Assembly (NCBI GenBank): GCA_044869805.1
Contig: JBIOXV010000157.1
Span: 9,752 to 73,751 of the forward strand
DNA: 64,000 bases
Source: Thermoanaerobaculia bacterium
GTDB lineage: Bacteria > Acidobacteriota > Thermoanaerobaculia > Multivoradales > SZUA-115
Direction of reading: 5' to 3'
Both the position numbers and the translations under genes were made by a program. The notes under the pieces were generated by a model, which was not told where the DNA came from, did no database searches, and saw nothing but the letters and a program-made list of their open reading frames with translations. Position 1 is the first letter of the stretch, and each line of letters starts with the position of its first letter. Positions 61,854-64,000 of the stretch are shown piece by piece.

Positions 61854-63059
61854 ATGCAAACCTCACCGATAGTAGACCCGCTGTTCCGCAGGATTGATCT
61901 CGATGAAATCTATTATGACTACTTTGATAAGGTCTGGTCCTCCGGAGAGATCTATGCAGATCCCTCCGGCTGGAGAGACACGTACGCCGCTGCGGCGCCA
62001 ATGCTACCCGAAGTGGAGATTCGCAAAGAGGATCTAGGTCGCTACTATCTCGACGAAGGAACCAACCTCGCCGGAATCAAGGAGCCTATACTCGAGCTTA
62101 TCAGCACCTGGGAAAACCGCACGGTGACGTGGCCTGAAGTCACACTCTACAGTTCTGTTTCCGTCGCTTCAGCCGCAGTCCTTGTTACACTTCGTCGGCT
62201 CGGTATCTCGCTAGTTCTCTTCGAGACTCCTGCCTACGCAGTAACAGTCAATCAAGCTCGGGCGCTTGGATTTACAGTTAAGCTTATCCCCACCTACTTC
62301 TCAGGTAATTTCTCCTTTCGGCTCTGCGAAAAAATAGAAAACAATACGCCCAGTTTTGCGCTTTGGTTGACTCATCCTAGGACTTCCCTTGGCTATAATC
62401 AGGAACTTACTGCCCTCGAACAACATCTCTCTGTGCTCCGCGCTGCGGACTATCTGATCGTTGACGAGGCCACTGAGCAGCTTTTCCCAAGTATGCTCAG
62501 CCCTCTAGCGGACTATCCACGAGCTGAGCAAATCTTGCGAATACGCGGTCTGTTGAAAGGTCTGGGGCTCAACGGGCTCCGTCTCGCCTGTGTTCTTCAT
62601 GACGCATCTTTGCGGGAGAGTCTTGAGAGCGCGCAAGAAATACTGGGAGCCTCACTCGACCTTTATAGCCTGAGAGCCGCAGCCAGGCTGGGACACCAAC
62701 CGCAGCTCTTCTTCACAATGTTGGCGGCAGCAAATCGCCAAGTCGTTAAGCTTCGTACAACCGCCGAAGGTCTCGCCGCGGGATCCTGGGCTCGGGTTAC
62801 CAAGGTCGTCAACGGCTACATGGGCGCGGCGCTTGTCGACCTTAGCATTCTTCAGGGGGACTACGATGAAAAGCGGCGGAGGCTCCTTGCCTACTGCAGA
62901 GACCACGAGATGCCAGTAATTCTCGGGGCCAGTCTCCTCTTCGCGTTCGATCCCGGCTGGGAGCAAGTTCGCCTGAACTACTTCAACCGCGACTTCCACA
63001 TCACTCGAGCAATTGATTTACTGAGCTCCTTTCCCCGTACTATCGCTGAGAAGGTCTAG
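61854..63059 (+). CDS. class I/II (fold-type I) PLP aminotransferase-like protein
   Basis: LWLTHPRTSLGYN (NPxNPTG-like), LIVDEATEQLF (DEAY-like) and RIRGLLKGLGLNGLRLAC (SxSK..G.RxG-like, Lys retained). TTG 61770 is an alternative start. Confidence 0.55.
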   Translation: MQTSPIVDPLFRRIDLDEIYYDYFDKVWSSGEIYADPSGWRDTYAAAAPMLPEVEIRKEDLGRYYLDEGTNLAGIKEPILELISTWENRTVTWPEVTLYSSVSVASAAVLVTLRRLGISLVLFETPAYAVTVNQARALGFTVKLIPTYFSGNFSFRLCEKIENNTPSFALWLTHPRTSLGYNQELTALEQHLSVLRAADYLIVDEATEQLFPSMLSPLADYPRAEQILRIRGLLKGLGLNGLRLACVLHDASLRESLESAQEILGASLDLYSLRAAARLGHQPQLFFTMLAAANRQVVKLRTTAEGLAAGSWARVTKVVNGYMGAALVDLSILQGDYDEKRRRLLAYCRDHEMPVILGASLLFAFDPGWEQVRLNYFNRDFHITRAIDLLSSFPRTIAEKV

Positions 63060-63911
63060 TATTACCTTCCTCAACTTGCCTGCCAGGGCAGTGCTAATGT
63101 CGAGGCGGAAGTCCACCAGAATCGATCCCGGGAACAGGGACAGCAGGCGCAGTTCATAGGCCGGAGAGGGCTGAGTCACCAAGCCGGCCCGTGCCGAGAA
63201 GACAGAAAGCGGAAGGTGGTCCTCTGGCGGGACGGCATTCTCTCTTGAGCGCAAGAGAGGAGCCACTCCAAGCGTCTTTAGACCAGCTAGCGACGGGACC
63301 GTCAACCGGAGTCGTTTAATCTCGAGTTTCGTGCGAGTAGCAAGGAAGGCTGCCAAGAGTGGTAGGAAAGTCGTGGTGGCCTCCGCGAACAATTCCAAGA
63401 TCAGGGGTGAGTTTCTGGGCCCTAGCGCCTTAATGACGATGCCCTCGGGCGAGAGCCAGGGCTCCAATTCCCTTCTGAAATAGTCGGCGTCTTCTGGGCC
63501 GTCGACAAGGAGCCTAAGCGTATTACCTTGAACTGAGCGCAGGCTATCAAGCGCGTCAAAGTACTCCTCCGCAATTCTGGACAGCATCATATGTGTACCA
63601 CTTACTGCCTGAGCTGCGCGATGGAGAACGTGGCCAGTTTCGTTGTGAGTTACAGTCTCGGTTAGGCTGCTGGTCACCTGATGAAAGCGCAGGATCGTGT
63701 GTGCCGTTATGAGCTGCGAATCCCAGAGGTCGACCAAAAACTCCGAGAAGCGATCTAACAACTCAACGAAACTTGTCGGATTCTTGTATATCTTCGTCCA
63801 ACTGGTGATATTCAGCGCCTCGTCTAGGTTGATCGAGCCTCGGGTGAGGTCAGGATCAAGGAAGTAGTCAAGGCGCAGTTTCTCAAGGGGTGTGAGATGC
63901 CGTGACGACAA
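63018..63911 (-). CDS. hypothetical protein (no recognisable family)
   Basis: 297-aa ORF in low-GC DNA. It overlaps the convergent aminotransferase-like gene by 42 nt. The frame stays open upstream of TTG 63911 to the window end, so the true start may lie beyond 64000. Confidence 0.45.
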   Translation of the reverse strand: MSSRHLTPLEKLRLDYFLDPDLTRGSINLDEALNITSWTKIYKNPTSFVELLDRFSEFLVDLWDSQLITAHTILRFHQVTSSLTETVTHNETGHVLHRAAQAVSGTHMMLSRIAEEYFDALDSLRSVQGNTLRLLVDGPEDADYFRRELEPWLSPEGIVIKALGPRNSPLILELFAEATTTFLPLLAAFLATRTKLEIKRLRLTVPSLAGLKTLGVAPLLRSRENAVPPEDHLPLSVFSARAGLVTQPSPAYELRLLSLFPGSILVDFRLDISTALAGKLRKVILDLLSDSTGKGAQ

Positions 63912-64000
63912 TTCGTTCTCGAGATCTGCTGCGTTGAGGAGTCTAAAGTCTTGCCGAGTTCTTGCGGACCGAATGGGAGATCTCTCGAGAGATCGGGAGG

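Larger units (their letters stand above)
59745..64000. mobile_element. integrase-bounded low-GC genomic island (left end only; continues past the window)
   Basis: Hand counts on sampled 60-nt lines give about 42-57% GC after 60.9 kb, against about 68-75% upstream. A tyrosine recombinase sits at the boundary. I saw no tRNA or direct-repeat att site. Confidence 0.5.

Noticed and set aside
59945-63059. Integron (integrase plus cassettes).
   Set aside because: The downstream genes run in the same direction as the integrase rather than divergently from an attI/Pc region. I saw no attC-like imperfect palindromes between genes. The integrase looks XerC/D-like, without the IntI-specific insertion as far as I can judge by eye.

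Overview
This is a roughly 70% GC bacterial chromosomal segment. It is probably Acidobacteriota, judged from a PadR plus ADOP-type duplicated-permease pair, many TPR-CHAT lipoproteins and several ECF sigma factors. I support about 45 protein genes. I recognised no rRNA, tRNA or CRISPR array.

Gene content, left to right:
- DUF3574 lipoprotein.
- TPR-CHAT lipoprotein, ECF sigma factor and zinc anti-sigma factor.
- PadR regulator and ADOP permease.
- A tightly packed five-gene operon: TrpB2-like PLP enzyme, atypical aldehyde dehydrogenase, hotdog/DUF4442 protein, acyl-CoA ligase and PlsC-like acyltransferase.
- SRPBCC protein.
- hicB-hicA toxin-antitoxin pair overlapping the 3' end of a secreted GH-A glycosidase.
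- deoC.
- A single-gene TIR-NB-ARC-TPR (NLR-like) protein with lower GC than its flanks.
- A 1.5-domain aldehyde dehydrogenase.
- A secreted Cys/His protein divergent from a ComEC-type MBL hydrolase.
- cls, an epimerase, an SPW-VKOR membrane protein, an EEP phosphoesterase, a prenyltransferase-repeat protein and SCO1.
- Three tandem paralogous secreted BNR-propeller proteins downstream of a TIGR02999-type ECF sigma factor.
- An IPTL-CTERM/DUF11 protein.
- add, imuB, imuA and lhgO.
- A PPC-domain secreted protein.

The most unusual locus is a four-gene module at 51.1-59.7 kb. It encodes a sigma-like protein, a single-pass membrane protein, a PPC-TPR-CHAT lipoprotein, and a cytoplasmic paralogous PPC-TPR sensor. 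That last protein carries a different caspase-fold (gingipain-like) head and an RHH tail. The module abuts a tyrosine integrase, and GC drops to about 42-57% from the integrase to the window end (PhyH oxygenase, PLP aminotransferase-like gene, orphan gene).

Limits: all functions come from motif recognition by eye. Start codons are often uncertain, because high GC produces long spurious ORFs in every frame.
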